Part shown: positions 10,498 to 21,962 of the stretch, one piece after another
Layout of the letters: each line of letters starts with the position of its first letter
Position numbering within the stretch: position 1 is the first letter of the stretch
Assembly: GCA_052426225.1 (NCBI GenBank)
Contig: JBNJNM010000011.1
Span: 372,001-436,000, forward strand
Length of the DNA: 64,000 nucleotides
Origin: Zancudomyces culisetae HAW-14-8
Lineage: Eukaryota; Fungi; Kickxellomycota
Reading direction: 5' to 3'
Notes under the pieces: model-generated
Told to the model about the DNA's origin: nothing
The model's input: the letters and a program-made list of their open reading frames with translations, nothing else
Databases searched by the model: none
Position numbers and translations under genes: made by a program

Positions 10498-13332
10498 ATG
10501 CAGGAAACAGAAACATACAAAGCTATAGAATTGAACGAAGAAGTAGAGCTACATCGAAATTTCAGCGAATCGGACATGGAGGGAAGTGACATGGAGAGCG
10601 AAGGTCAAGATGAAATTCAAGAGATTATAAATGGTGATCTACCATTGCAAGAAAAAAAGGCAGAATTAAACAATATTTTTCGAACAGCGGCCATAAATGG
10701 TGAGTTGCGGAAGCTTAAAGGACTCTGGGAGGACTGGGGGAAAACTGAGCAGTGGATAGATATCGATGGAAAGGATGAAGAGGGAATGACAGGATTGATA
10801 TTAGCAAGCTACTTTGGGCGAGCCGAGGTGGTAAGATATTTGCTGGAGCAAGGTGCAACAGTTGATGTACAAGACAATAAGGGCTGGACGGCATTAATGT
10901 GGGCAGTCAACAAAGAAAACATTACAGAACTACAAATATTATTGGAGTATGGAGCAAAACCGGAAACCAAAACAAGTAAGGGCCATTCGGTTACTAAAGT
11001 TGCGACTATAAAATTTAGCGGTAATACTGGTAATAAGAAAAACGAAGCACATATAATTGAAGAGGGGCTTCGTATGGTTAAAGAGCAAGGTAAGGAGGGT
11101 GTCTGTAACGATTTTGATAATTCAAGCGATGGTAGTAATGAGAAAAAAGAAAAGGAAAAGGAAAATGATCGAAGCGGCGAAGATAAGGGCAGTAAAAGGA
11201 GAAATAGAGAGCGAAGCGACAGTAATAAAAGTTTAACAGACAAACTAAAAGGATTGCAAGAACACAAAAACAGGAAAAAGAGTATAGAGCTGGCGCAACG
11301 AGCCCTTCTGGAAAGGGGTGAGGGAGGAGAAGCGGATATCAACGAAAGAGACGCATTACCACCATCATCGGGCATAGTGAGCGAAGATCAAATGATAATA
11401 GAGAAGTTTGATTGGAAGCACGTTCAACCGTCTCAAATGTATGTAATTTCAGAGCAAAACTTGGGACGATTTATCCGCAAAGTGATACTTGAAAGCGAGG
11501 CGAAGAGACGAGTTCGTGAGCAAAAGGGTGTATTTGTGGCAGCAGCACTGATATTTTTGGGCTTAAGGTTCACAGTACAGTGGGGGGACGAGCGATTTTT
11601 TGAGAATATGTGGACAGAAAGCGTGGCAGCAATTACACATGTTATTCAGAAAGCAAAGAGTAAGGATAGGCAGGGTGATCAGACTCAAAACAAGTCAAAG
11701 ATTGTTGAATTGATGTACTGGCAAGTCAACCTACAGATGCTCAAGTACTATCTTGACAAGGACAAAGAGAATATCAAGAGTGAAAAAATCATACCAAGGG
11801 TTAACGACTGTCTGAATGAGACATATGTGGCAGTGGTTGAGGAAATTACTAAAATGTTGGCTGAGTGTATTGACGAAAGTATATTGGATTACACAGATGA
11901 ATACTTTGTAAACGACGAAAACCAAAGCAAAGGGCAAAGTAAACACAGGTCACAAACTCTACAGAATAGTAAACAAAGTGTAGATGAAAGACAACAACAG
12001 TCACTATCTTCAATTCTGATGCAGAGCAGTCGAGATAGCTGGATTCTAAAAGACAAGATGGGAAACCCGCTTGTAAGGCAGAAAAACAAAATCTCAACAG
12101 AAATATATGAGCTTAGTAAAAGGAGTTTTGATTTGAGTTCATTTTCTATTTTCGAAAAAAACAAACAAAGAAACAAAAACAAAGACGACAGTAAGAATAG
12201 TAATAAAGGGACTAGTAGTACAGAGTCCAAACGACAGTCGATTTTCTCGATTTTTACTGGCGGGGGAGTAGATACAAATACACAACAAAACACCAATGGA
12301 AAAACTAGGACATCATCCTCGACCTCGTTATCTGCAGTTGATAGCCCAAAGCAAGTACCACTAATACGTGCGACACCATTCACACTGACAAAGATATTAA
12401 TCGAGTTTCAAGATCTGCTGCGCAAGTGCCACTTGACAAGCAAGCTGAGTCAAGCGATGACTGTTGACATTCTCAACAGCCTGGCAGCAGAAATATTCAA
12501 TCACATTATTACGACTCCAGAGTTTGTCAACCGTACAAGAGCGCTGTCAATCAAACTTAACATCACAACATTTATTGAGCAGCTGAATAGACATTTGGGA
12601 CATATCTTTGGCAACGCTCAAAGCGGTCTTACGGACACTAAAATAAAGGAAATTTTTGAACCAGTCAACGAACTGCTCCTTCTTCTACATGTTTTGACAA
12701 CTTTTACATCGCTAAACTCGTTTTATGAAGTTGTAGATACCTTCAAATCTCTGAATATTCTTCACCTTAGTTTGATTCTCAACAATTATACATACGATCT
12801 CAACGAGCCACGCATTTGTCCACAGATTATTTGTGCCATCCAACCCTGTGCAACCCGTATTAAAGAGCACATTTTCCACCACACCTCATCCTCATTATCC
12901 CTTTCAATCTCGTCGTCTTCGCAGCCACAACATCGCACATCTATTGATAAAAGCGACGATGTCACTGTTTCGGCTGCTGCAGACGATTTCAAATCCATCT
13001 CGGACCTTGTCAGCAATCCTATCTGTTACCTCCAGGACAACTCCACTACCGTTATTGTTAAAGGCTCGAACTTATCTGAACTCTTGGTGTATGATGTCAC
13101 ATCGCATGCGGTTGTGCTAGATGATACTGACTGGCTAGATTTTTGGGTCGAGTCCTTCTACAAGAGCGCTACGAGTCCAGGTTCAACACTACAAAGGCTA
13201 AATTGCCTTAAGGATCTTGGTTTTGTTATCACAAATGGCAATGATAGCTCTGATGAAGATACTGTGTTGCAATCATATGAGTTGATACCTTATTTATCTA
13301 ACGAGTTACTTTCAGAATTTGAAAGCAAATAA
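10498..13332 (+). CDS. Ankyrin repeat + Dilute (DIL) domain protein (YPR089W-like architecture)
   Basis: Ankyrin repeats (DEEGMTGLILASYFGRAEVVRYLLEQGATVDVQDNKGWTALMWA) and DIL-like EIFNHIIT...RTRALSIKLNI...FEPVNELLLLL...LNILHLSLILNNY. First in-frame ATG at 10498. Confidence 0.85.
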   Translation: MQETETYKAIELNEEVELHRNFSESDMEGSDMESEGQDEIQEIINGDLPLQEKKAELNNIFRTAAINGELRKLKGLWEDWGKTEQWIDIDGKDEEGMTGLILASYFGRAEVVRYLLEQGATVDVQDNKGWTALMWAVNKENITELQILLEYGAKPETKTSKGHSVTKVATIKFSGNTGNKKNEAHIIEEGLRMVKEQGKEGVCNDFDNSSDGSNEKKEKEKENDRSGEDKGSKRRNRERSDSNKSLTDKLKGLQEHKNRKKSIELAQRALLERGEGGEADINERDALPPSSGIVSEDQMIIEKFDWKHVQPSQMYVISEQNLGRFIRKVILESEAKRRVREQKGVFVAAALIFLGLRFTVQWGDERFFENMWTESVAAITHVIQKAKSKDRQGDQTQNKSKIVELMYWQVNLQMLKYYLDKDKENIKSEKIIPRVNDCLNETYVAVVEEITKMLAECIDESILDYTDEYFVNDENQSKGQSKHRSQTLQNSKQSVDERQQQSLSSILMQSSRDSWILKDKMGNPLVRQKNKISTEIYELSKRSFDLSSFSIFEKNKQRNKNKDDSKNSNKGTSSTESKRQSIFSIFTGGGVDTNTQQNTNGKTRTSSSTSLSAVDSPKQVPLIRATPFTLTKILIEFQDLLRKCHLTSKLSQAMTVDILNSLAAEIFNHIITTPEFVNRTRALSIKLNITTFIEQLNRHLGHIFGNAQSGLTDTKIKEIFEPVNELLLLLHVLTTFTSLNSFYEVVDTFKSLNILHLSLILNNYTYDLNEPRICPQIICAIQPCATRIKEHIFHHTSSSLSLSISSSSQPQHRTSIDKSDDVTVSAAADDFKSISDLVSNPICYLQDNSTTVIVKGSNLSELLVYDVTSHAVVLDDTDWLDFWVESFYKSATSPGSTLQRLNCLKDLGFVITNGNDSSDEDTVLQSYELIPYLSNELLSEFESK

Positions 13333-13391
13333 TCTCTTTGGTATAAATAAAAACGAAGATTGGAATCTAGCTGCATCATTGATTGGGTATT

Positions 13392-16300
13392 TCAGTGGTG
13401 ATGTGTATAAAACCGCTTGGTTGATGCTGTTCTTTTGGCCTTATTGATGTTTGTATTATAGCCACTCTCTAGTAACTCGGGGAACCCATTCCTTTTTCCT
13501 TTCTCATTGTTACTTCCCAGGCTATTTTCCTTTATTTTTGTCTCTTGTATTGTTTGGTTGTAAATAAACTCTTCTACACTGTCGTTTCCACGGTGTTCCC
13601 CATCCAGTTCGTAATATGTTTGATAAGGCAAAGCCGAAGGTATATAGTTACACTTTTGAATAGACTTAATATCAAATTTTCTTTCGTCATCTCCAAAGTT
13701 ATCGCTACTGCCATCTGTTAAAGTAGATGCACTGTTAATCCCACTTTTATTAATGTTGATTTGGAATGTTGGGTTTCCTACTAATTTGGTTGGTGATAGT
13801 ATTTGAATCGGTGGAGGTAAATAAAGCTCATCAGCACTTCGCCATGTATCAATGCCCTGTGGCTTACTCGGTTTTGTGGGTTTTGTATGTTCGCTATTCG
13901 CAAACAGCTCTCGGAGACCTTTTATATGTTGGTTCTCAACCTTCCTTATTTGCTCGATATTTCCGAAATCCAATTCGAATCCGTCCGCAATTCTCCCACC
14001 ACCAATATCCTCGACCATCTCATCATTATTCACATAATTACTTGTATTATTTTTACTATCAAGCTCAGAACTCCTATTGTTCTCAGCTAGTATCTGTAAT
14101 TCTAGCGGTTCAAATACACAAGTGCTTGCACTGTTCCTATTACTCTTGTTCGTTTGCTTACATCTCTCGCTCTCGCTTTCACTTTCGCATATCTGTGTTT
14201 CAACTTGACCTTCATTTTTCTTATTATCACCAGTTACGTTTGGTTTTGTGAAAAATTTGCTTTTTATCTTTTCAGTAATCCCATAGTTATAAAATGAACT
14301 ACTGTAATACTGCTTGACCAACTTGTCAAAAAACCTTTTACTCCCTTCAGCCTTTGATCCCTCAACACCCTCTTCTTTTTCTTTTTTTTTATTCTTCTTT
14401 CCGCCAAACCTGCCCAGTCCACCAAAACTGCTATAACCGCCGTTTTTAGTGCCACTGAGGTTGCTATCTTTGTTGTTATTTGCGGGTTCTGGCACAATCA
14501 ACGTGTTAATTGTGCTTGTATCATCAAATTTGCTTTTATTTGGAATACCACCTCTCTCATCTTCAACCTCAACCCTAGCAACTCCCATTTCTTCTTTATT
14601 GATTTTTTGCTCGCTCTGTTTATCAGTGTGAGCGGAAAATATTTCATTTATTGTATTTGTATCTTTAATCTCGTATATATTTGGTTTATATAGTCCATTT
14701 TCAAGTAAATCACAGATATCTATGTCTACGTCTGCTGATGACGTTGTATTCACATTTTCGTGCACATTTGGTAAAGAAGCCAAATTGGTCCCAGATGCGT
14801 TCAGCGTAGTTGGAGAGTTGGTACTCTTGTATTCAAGCATCATTTGCATCACCAACTTGTCGAGAGGCGAGAGTACTATCAAACTGTTATCACTTTCACT
14901 TTCGCTTTCGCTTTCACTATCACTATCACTTTCAATTGCAATTTCACCGCCACCTTCATTCTCAGTACCACTATCAATACCAACTACACTTCCAACTTTT
15001 TTATCACCTTCTTTATCACTCTCGCCTTGCCCATCTTCAATATTTTTATACTGCATATTGTAACCATTCTCTTTTCCCTGCGTTTTTTTACCATTATACT
15101 CATATGTTTTATGATCTGTCTCTTTTTTATTTCTTTTCTCGTCTATATCATTGACTACGCTTATTCTACCACCACAAGTTGATTTGCGTTTATTAGCAAG
15201 ACCTTCTTCACCACTACTTTGTTTCCTGTAATATTTCCCCCTCGATTCCTTAGTGCTGCATTTGATTATATTTCCTGTTCCCTCTTGTATATCTTTCAAT
15301 ATAATGTTTCGAATACTCGTTGAATTTACTCGCCTAATTCCAAACCCATTGCTAAAATACCTTTCATCTCCATCTTTACTAAACCCATGTGTAGCCTTTT
15401 CTCTATTTTCGAAAATCGATCTTACAGTTGTGATGACGTCCTCGGTGTAACCATCATTCTTGGTATATGAAATATTATCAAAATTGGGTAGTATTTTGGC
15501 ACTGGTACCTGAACTTGGGCCTAGATCTGAACCTAAGCTTAGGTTTAGACTTGTAGTTGTTTGTACTTTTAAATCTAACACGTTCCTCTTTCCTGTATCC
15601 TTTTCATGCCTGAAGAGCGATGGCAAGTTTTTAGAACCTCCATCACTATTACCTCTAAATTCAGTTTGTTGCTGTCTTTTAAAAAGCTTTTTTAGTTGCC
15701 TAACAATTACTCTGTTTTCTCGTCGCAACTCTTGTACAGCTTGATCCTGTGTTAGTTTGATATCCTTAACCTGATTGAATTCCTCAACATCTCTAAAATA
15801 TTTTTTCTCCTTGTTTAAATTAACAATACTCGACATGTCATTTCCGACAGTACCAGTTTCGCCCTTGTTATATCTTGACCGAGTGTACTTGTTAAGCATT
15901 GTAAACCTACAATCTTCTATGGGAATTTGGATGCTCCTACTTCTTTTGATTCTGCATTTTGGTGCTTTCACATACCCTTGTCGTTCGTTACCTAGCTTTT
16001 TCGGCTGTGTTGATGATGATAAAATTCCTTTTTTGCCATCCATCTTATTTGAAGTCGTTTTATCTTCCGACTCTTTGTTCTTTAACTTATCAGAACAGCT
16101 TTTTACCCCTTTAAGATCATCAGTACTATTATCAATGTCATTACACGGCCCAGGTTTAGTCACTGAGTGTGCACAGTTGTTTGAGAAATTTACTGGAAAG
16201 AACATATCTTCATGTTCTTCCATATTTTCCATCCTTTTCTCTATCCCCTTGTAGGCATTTACATTGTCATTTCTTGCTAATTCCTTTTCTGAGCACAACC

Positions 16301-16433
16301 TTGAGTTATCAAGTTTTAATAAATCGCTTTCTCCTCCTTTGTAAGCTTCTGAATTTTTAACTTTATTGGCACGAGTATCACCTATCAGGCCTATTGTGTT
16401 ATTATGGTATACTTTAGAATTTAAGGGTGTCAA
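13392..16433 (-). CDS. Large hydrophilic low-complexity hypothetical protein (~1000 aa); true start probably in an upstream exon
   Basis: 1013-codon ORF, K/E/S/N-rich with an ESESES tract; no recognisable domain; a GTGAGG donor-like site near 16479. Confidence 0.7.
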   Translation of the reverse strand: MTPLNSKVYHNNTIGLIGDTRANKVKNSEAYKGGESDLLKLDNSRLCSEKELARNDNVNAYKGIEKRMENMEEHEDMFFPVNFSNNCAHSVTKPGPCNDIDNSTDDLKGVKSCSDKLKNKESEDKTTSNKMDGKKGILSSSTQPKKLGNERQGYVKAPKCRIKRSRSIQIPIEDCRFTMLNKYTRSRYNKGETGTVGNDMSSIVNLNKEKKYFRDVEEFNQVKDIKLTQDQAVQELRRENRVIVRQLKKLFKRQQQTEFRGNSDGGSKNLPSLFRHEKDTGKRNVLDLKVQTTTSLNLSLGSDLGPSSGTSAKILPNFDNISYTKNDGYTEDVITTVRSIFENREKATHGFSKDGDERYFSNGFGIRRVNSTSIRNIILKDIQEGTGNIIKCSTKESRGKYYRKQSSGEEGLANKRKSTCGGRISVVNDIDEKRNKKETDHKTYEYNGKKTQGKENGYNMQYKNIEDGQGESDKEGDKKVGSVVGIDSGTENEGGGEIAIESDSDSESESESESDNSLIVLSPLDKLVMQMMLEYKSTNSPTTLNASGTNLASLPNVHENVNTTSSADVDIDICDLLENGLYKPNIYEIKDTNTINEIFSAHTDKQSEQKINKEEMGVARVEVEDERGGIPNKSKFDDTSTINTLIVPEPANNNKDSNLSGTKNGGYSSFGGLGRFGGKKNKKKEKEEGVEGSKAEGSKRFFDKLVKQYYSSSFYNYGITEKIKSKFFTKPNVTGDNKKNEGQVETQICESESESERCKQTNKSNRNSASTCVFEPLELQILAENNRSSELDSKNNTSNYVNNDEMVEDIGGGRIADGFELDFGNIEQIRKVENQHIKGLRELFANSEHTKPTKPSKPQGIDTWRSADELYLPPPIQILSPTKLVGNPTFQININKSGINSASTLTDGSSDNFGDDERKFDIKSIQKCNYIPSALPYQTYYELDGEHRGNDSVEEFIYNQTIQETKIKENSLGSNNEKGKRNGFPELLESGYNTNINKAKRTASTKRFYTHHH

Positions 16434-19400
16434 TGGTGTTTTGTAAATGCATACATATCATAAAATTATATAACCTCACCTCTGTGGTATTTTTCGTACT
16501 CTTCCCTTTCTGATGACTGCGTAGCTTGTGTAGTTGGTATTGTTTTCTTCATTCTCATTAACTTTTGGATTGAGCTATTTGATATATTCATACATTTTCA
16601 CCTTATTCATCTGTTTCCACACTTTTCTATCTCTTTTATGGATTTAAAAGATAGTACCTTTTCAAGATCCTTTGGCTAAAAATGCCAATTATCAGGATAT
16701 ATCTATTTTATTTTTCGTTTTTGTACTAATTAGTATCAATGTTAAGCTTGTTTTCCTATTCCCTTTTTTTCGATATATATTTTTTAATACAAGTACAGTC
16801 GAATTAAAAAAAAATCTCTCGTTTCTGCTTTTATAGTTCACTTATTTATTTACATTTATACTTAAATAAACTACCCTTACTATAGTTTTAAACTACACCC
16901 TGAGAAGAAATTTTTTAGTGCACTTGTATTCAGTTTTCTGGCACTTTGAGCGACTATGTAGCTCAGGGATACTTCTATTTCAAACTACTCAACGAGGCGC
17001 TTCAGCAGCTTGTTGTGATTGAAAATAGTTAACTTTATTCTTGGCTTTATTTTTGCTGGATTTGTTGACCCGTTCAAAATGAAAAAACGAGTTTTGAGAA
17101 ATATACAATTTCTAGAATAGAAATTGAAGCTATTTATTCATTTAATCCAAAACTAAAAAAAAATTAGGAATATTTTTGGGATTAAAATACCGCAGTTTTG
17201 CATAATATGATCGGATTTGAATTGAAAGCCAAGTTTTTTTTATACTAGCTTTGCATTCTCGCAAATCCCAAAAATAAGATTTTTTTCAAGTAAATGGGCA
17301 AAATCTAAAAATAGTAGTAAGAGTTTTGGATAAGCTCATAGGGCAAATAATACTTCAGGCTTTACGCATTTAAATAAACGATATCCGCCACACACACATA
17401 CCACCCATGCCCCTTCCACCCAGATTTATTTTTTCCCATTTTTAATACCGCTCTCTCACCCTACTCCAGAAAGTAGCGATTAACCCAACAAAATACAATT
17501 ATCTGCATCACTTTTACCCAATCTGTCACTAATATCCAATATTGCTTGTGAGCTGGTAACGTAAATGCGACCTTGGAAGGCAGTGGGTGTTTTTATCGTT
17601 CTTGTTCGCTAACACAATAACAGTTAGACAATGGGTGCAAAGCTACCAACAAGCGTAAATGTAAATATTAATCCCATACGGACTGTATATCGGTTCATTT
17701 TGAACTTTGTTCAGAATCACATCTGAGTTAACCCAGTAAGAACTGAAAAGCAAAAATAATAGCTAATAAGATCCCAGAATGCTTGTTTATGGAGAAAAGT
17801 AGAATGGTAAAGCCTTTCTAATCATATCTGATGTATTTTTTTTCTGCAAATATACCAGCATGGTGCTTGATTTTACCCATGATTATTCCAGACTGATCAA
17901 CAAACTTGTGGTATAATGACCTTCCAGAGTAGGAGTGCTTTTATTAAACATATAATTACTGCGTTTCAGAGTATACTAATGCCCTCCCCCCCCCCCTAAA
18001 TTCTAAAAAATTAACCCGGTTGTTTTATTTTTGTGTATTAAAAACAACCACCAATCATGTTTTTTAATCATATAAAACAGCCTTGTACAGCATGGGCCTA
18101 CATATTAAATTTGTTATCCAGTAGAGAATTAAAATTAATTCGTTTGTAGTTTACTTTTTCAGGTCTTGTTGAGAAATGCTAGTAAAATAAAAAAACGTGG
18201 AGTTTGGTATAGCTTGGTGCACTTTTAACTCACTCTTTTAAAAAAATCAAAGAAATGATGAGTCAAGAACGTTTACTTGTTTGTGAGCGGGCTGGAGGTC
18301 CATCACCTGTGGTGGGTTTATTAACATGTGGTTAAATTGCGGTAAACTGGAAATGAACAAAAGATAATAATATTCTATGGTTCGCTTTTTAAATTGCCCC
18401 CACACCAGGCCACATGGGATTTAATTGTATTTGTTAAAACCTTAAGATATTTTCCCATTACCAAATGCTAAATATCACATCACAAATGATTTGGTCCAAT
18501 CGATTCTAAAAATAAATAGATTTAAATCCCATTTTATGCGGAAGGCCAACCATCCAAATAAACGTTACTTGTGTAAAGCGTATATGAGGGTTGGAGAGTA
18601 GCCTAATCAGTAATCAAGACTGTGTCAAAGATAAGCTCGTGGACAGTGATCCCTTTCATTTTGTGAAAAGAGGTGTGTGAGAGTGTGTTTGTAATATTCT
18701 TATGGTTATAGAATTTTGCTTTCAGCGCTCTCACTGTTGAATTTTTCTAGAATTATTTATTTTCTACTTTAGTATAAAAACTTCAGTACAACGAACCACT
18801 CAACCCATTCACGCTCAAGATTTTGTTGCTTATCATTTTATGGTAATTTGACCCAAATGTTTAGATAACGTAAAGATATTATACAGACTTTCAAATATGG
18901 ATCCAAAAACGATGCATTCATAAGAAAGTTGTCGCAATTTCTGATACTTTTTCCCATGACTTTTGATTGTTACTATCCGACCAGCATTTACTATTATCTG
19001 AGTTTGCAATTTGTTTCTTGAAAATAGGTGCTTTGTGGTCAAGGCAAAAGTTTCAAAAACGGATAAACCAACAAGCTAATGACAAAGCAAACAAGACCAG
19101 ATTCCAGAAATGAAGTGAAGACCTTTTGACTACAAATGTCACTTTTGAATTTGAGAAAATAATTACAGAGCCTTGTGATGCAGGTATAATCTACATTCAT
19201 TGAGAGAAGGCTTGTTTATTCAAAACCAAAGGCAGATAAATATCAGAACTTTGCTAGCTTTGAAATCAAAATGTGCTAGTCAGGTTGTTCTAAATATCAA
19301 CATAAAGTCAATGAATCAGCATCGGATAGATACATTCTCAATGTGCTGATTTAGATTAAAAATTCCGTAATAAAAATATACCAGTTCTTAGCTTGGAATC

Positions 19401-21962
19401 TGTCAACATTCGATTAGCCAACTTTAATACAGAAACGAGAACCATTCGGATAAAAAGCGTTGTAAATGTGGTGATAATTCAAGAATTAATGAGCGAAAAC
19501 ATTAGCTATGATGTATACAAGAGAAAAAAAGGGAGCGCCTGAGTGGGAGGGAAATTGTAGCCGAATGTTGGGGTTCACTCTTAGATATTCACATATAAAT
19601 ATTAGTGAAAATAATGGGTAGTCTCAAAATGAATGTGGTTGTGCAAAAGGCGGCAAAATGCAGGGAAAAGTACGTGTTACATATTTTGATTATGGTAATC
19701 GATGTTTGTAACTTGGACTCGCTATTTGCCTAAATGTGTTTATGTTATATGTAGGCTTGATTTCATGAGATATAGCTGAAATAATGGAGAGGACTAGTAA
19801 TTTATGATGGTGGTTACAGAAATTGGATCCTTATCAAGTTGTGATTTTAGTAGAATGGTGTTTTAATAGTATAGCTGATGAAAAAATGCATACCAGTGCA
19901 AACGATATAATATCCCTAAAATGGTAACTATCTATCTAGAACTTGCACCATTTTTGCTCTCAGTTTTAGAAAAATACCAGGAGGAAACGCCACAAATTTG
20001 AAAGTACATATTAATTTTACCTAACTACAAAAACAAAGAGGACATTTGTTATAATGACGGGTAAAGTTTAGTTGAATATGAGGTATTGAAACGAGATAAA
20101 ACTGGGGTCTTATCGTTGTCGCTGTTACTACAGTTAGAATTAAATGCTTAAAGCTTATCATTTTCTTTGTATTCACTATTTTTTTTTTAGAAAAAAGAAA
20201 AAATAACAGGGAAAATAAGTTGGAGTGATGGTATGGAGTTTGGGATGTAAGAAACCACTTTTTTGTTTGGTGTGGTACATTAATAAGGGCTTGAGTAATT
20301 AGTAAAGTTGTGTTTTACACAACGTGTTTAGACGAAAATGTATATGTGATTTGAGATTACTAGCATTTAAGATCAGGTTTTAAGGTTATGATGGTGAGTT
20401 TGATCAATGGAGCGATGGTTTGGTTTTTTTAATTGTTTTTGGTTGTAACTTTGCTAGGTGTTACAAACCAGAGTATGGAAGAGTATAGGTGGCAGTAATC
20501 GGATGATATACATTGCATCCATAAAAAGAGCGGAGAGGGGGGCGATGATGAGGTAATAGGGCTTTAGGCGTAAATTCTGGGCTAAAATTTTTTATCTTTG
20601 TTTGATACTTGTGCAAATACCCGCACCAGAACTGGTTAAATGGGAGGGGAGGGGGTAGGGTGAAAAATGTATCATTTTTTATGTCTGTTTTTTGACGAAT
20701 TAGAGATTGCGAAACCAAAATATAAGCAATTTCTAAAGCACTTTAGCTTTGTGAAAGAATCAACTTGTATTCAGCATAGTTTAGCAAGTATGTTTATGCT
20801 TTATAATTGGATTGCGCAGGAATGAGTTTGTAACTAGGTGTAATACAATGCAAAAAATGGTTACATATCACCATTGGTAGCTAACAAATTCGTCAAGTTT
20901 AGTAATATAATTGGTTAAATTTATAAATATAAAGTTTTAATCGGAAAAATGTGGGTGATGCTAGTTGTAATAAAGGCGATGTGAAAAAATTAAACTATGA
21001 AAAAGGTAAATTTGAAAAGTGGAATTGAAAGTGAAGAAAAAATACATGACAAAAATCTGAGTTGGAAAATAGGTAATTGTAATTGCTGATAATTTTTTGT
21101 AATTGCCTAATGGCATTTGACCTCGATAATCAAAGTTGTGTTTATATGTTTATTTAGTTATTTTTTATCGAGAATTAAATTATATAAGCGGATTGATTCA
21201 AATGTATGAATGTGGGATAGGCCAAGATCAAATTTGAAATGATGAGAAACTGTATGCAAGTTTGTGTATTTGTAAGCCCAAAAGAAAAAAGACTTTATGA
21301 TAAGAATACAAAATGTGAAAGCGCATGTATGTAGCGTAGCATCGTTTGAGGCCATATGGAAAACCCCGTAAATAAATTGGTAGCATAGTTTAGTAGCGAA
21401 ATTCGAAAAATGAAAATATGCAATAATGGTAGTAGTAACAACAATAGGGAGCATTTTCAAAGGACAAGCATTAAATCTGCTCAAAAATTAGACGCTTTCC
21501 GTAAAAAACACTAAAAAATTTATCGAATTGTGTAGTGCTAAAACTTGGTTAGTTACTGCAAATTCTTTATTAACGTAATCATTTGTGGGAGTGATAGTAA
21601 TCTTTAGTATTATTTTGATTGTAAAATACACAACAAAAGAAAAAACGAGGCTAATTCTATTATGGGCCAATGGTGAATTTAGGTAGTGTAAATTTGGAAT
21701 GCCTAAAAAAGAACGTTTGTAAAAAAGATGATTTAAAAAAATAAAAGCACATATGATTATAAATAGTGTAGAATGCTAATAGCTGAGTTTAATTTTAAAG
21801 ACACTTAGTAAAAGAAGGTAGGAAAGTATACTTTTCAAAAAAGAAACAAACATAGTAGCGTGAAACAAATACAGGATTTTCGATTAGTACTGAGAATAAT
21901 AGTAGTGTTAAAGGAAGTTTTAAAAAGCATGAACGAGTGTGAAAAAGAGCAACAATAGAAAA

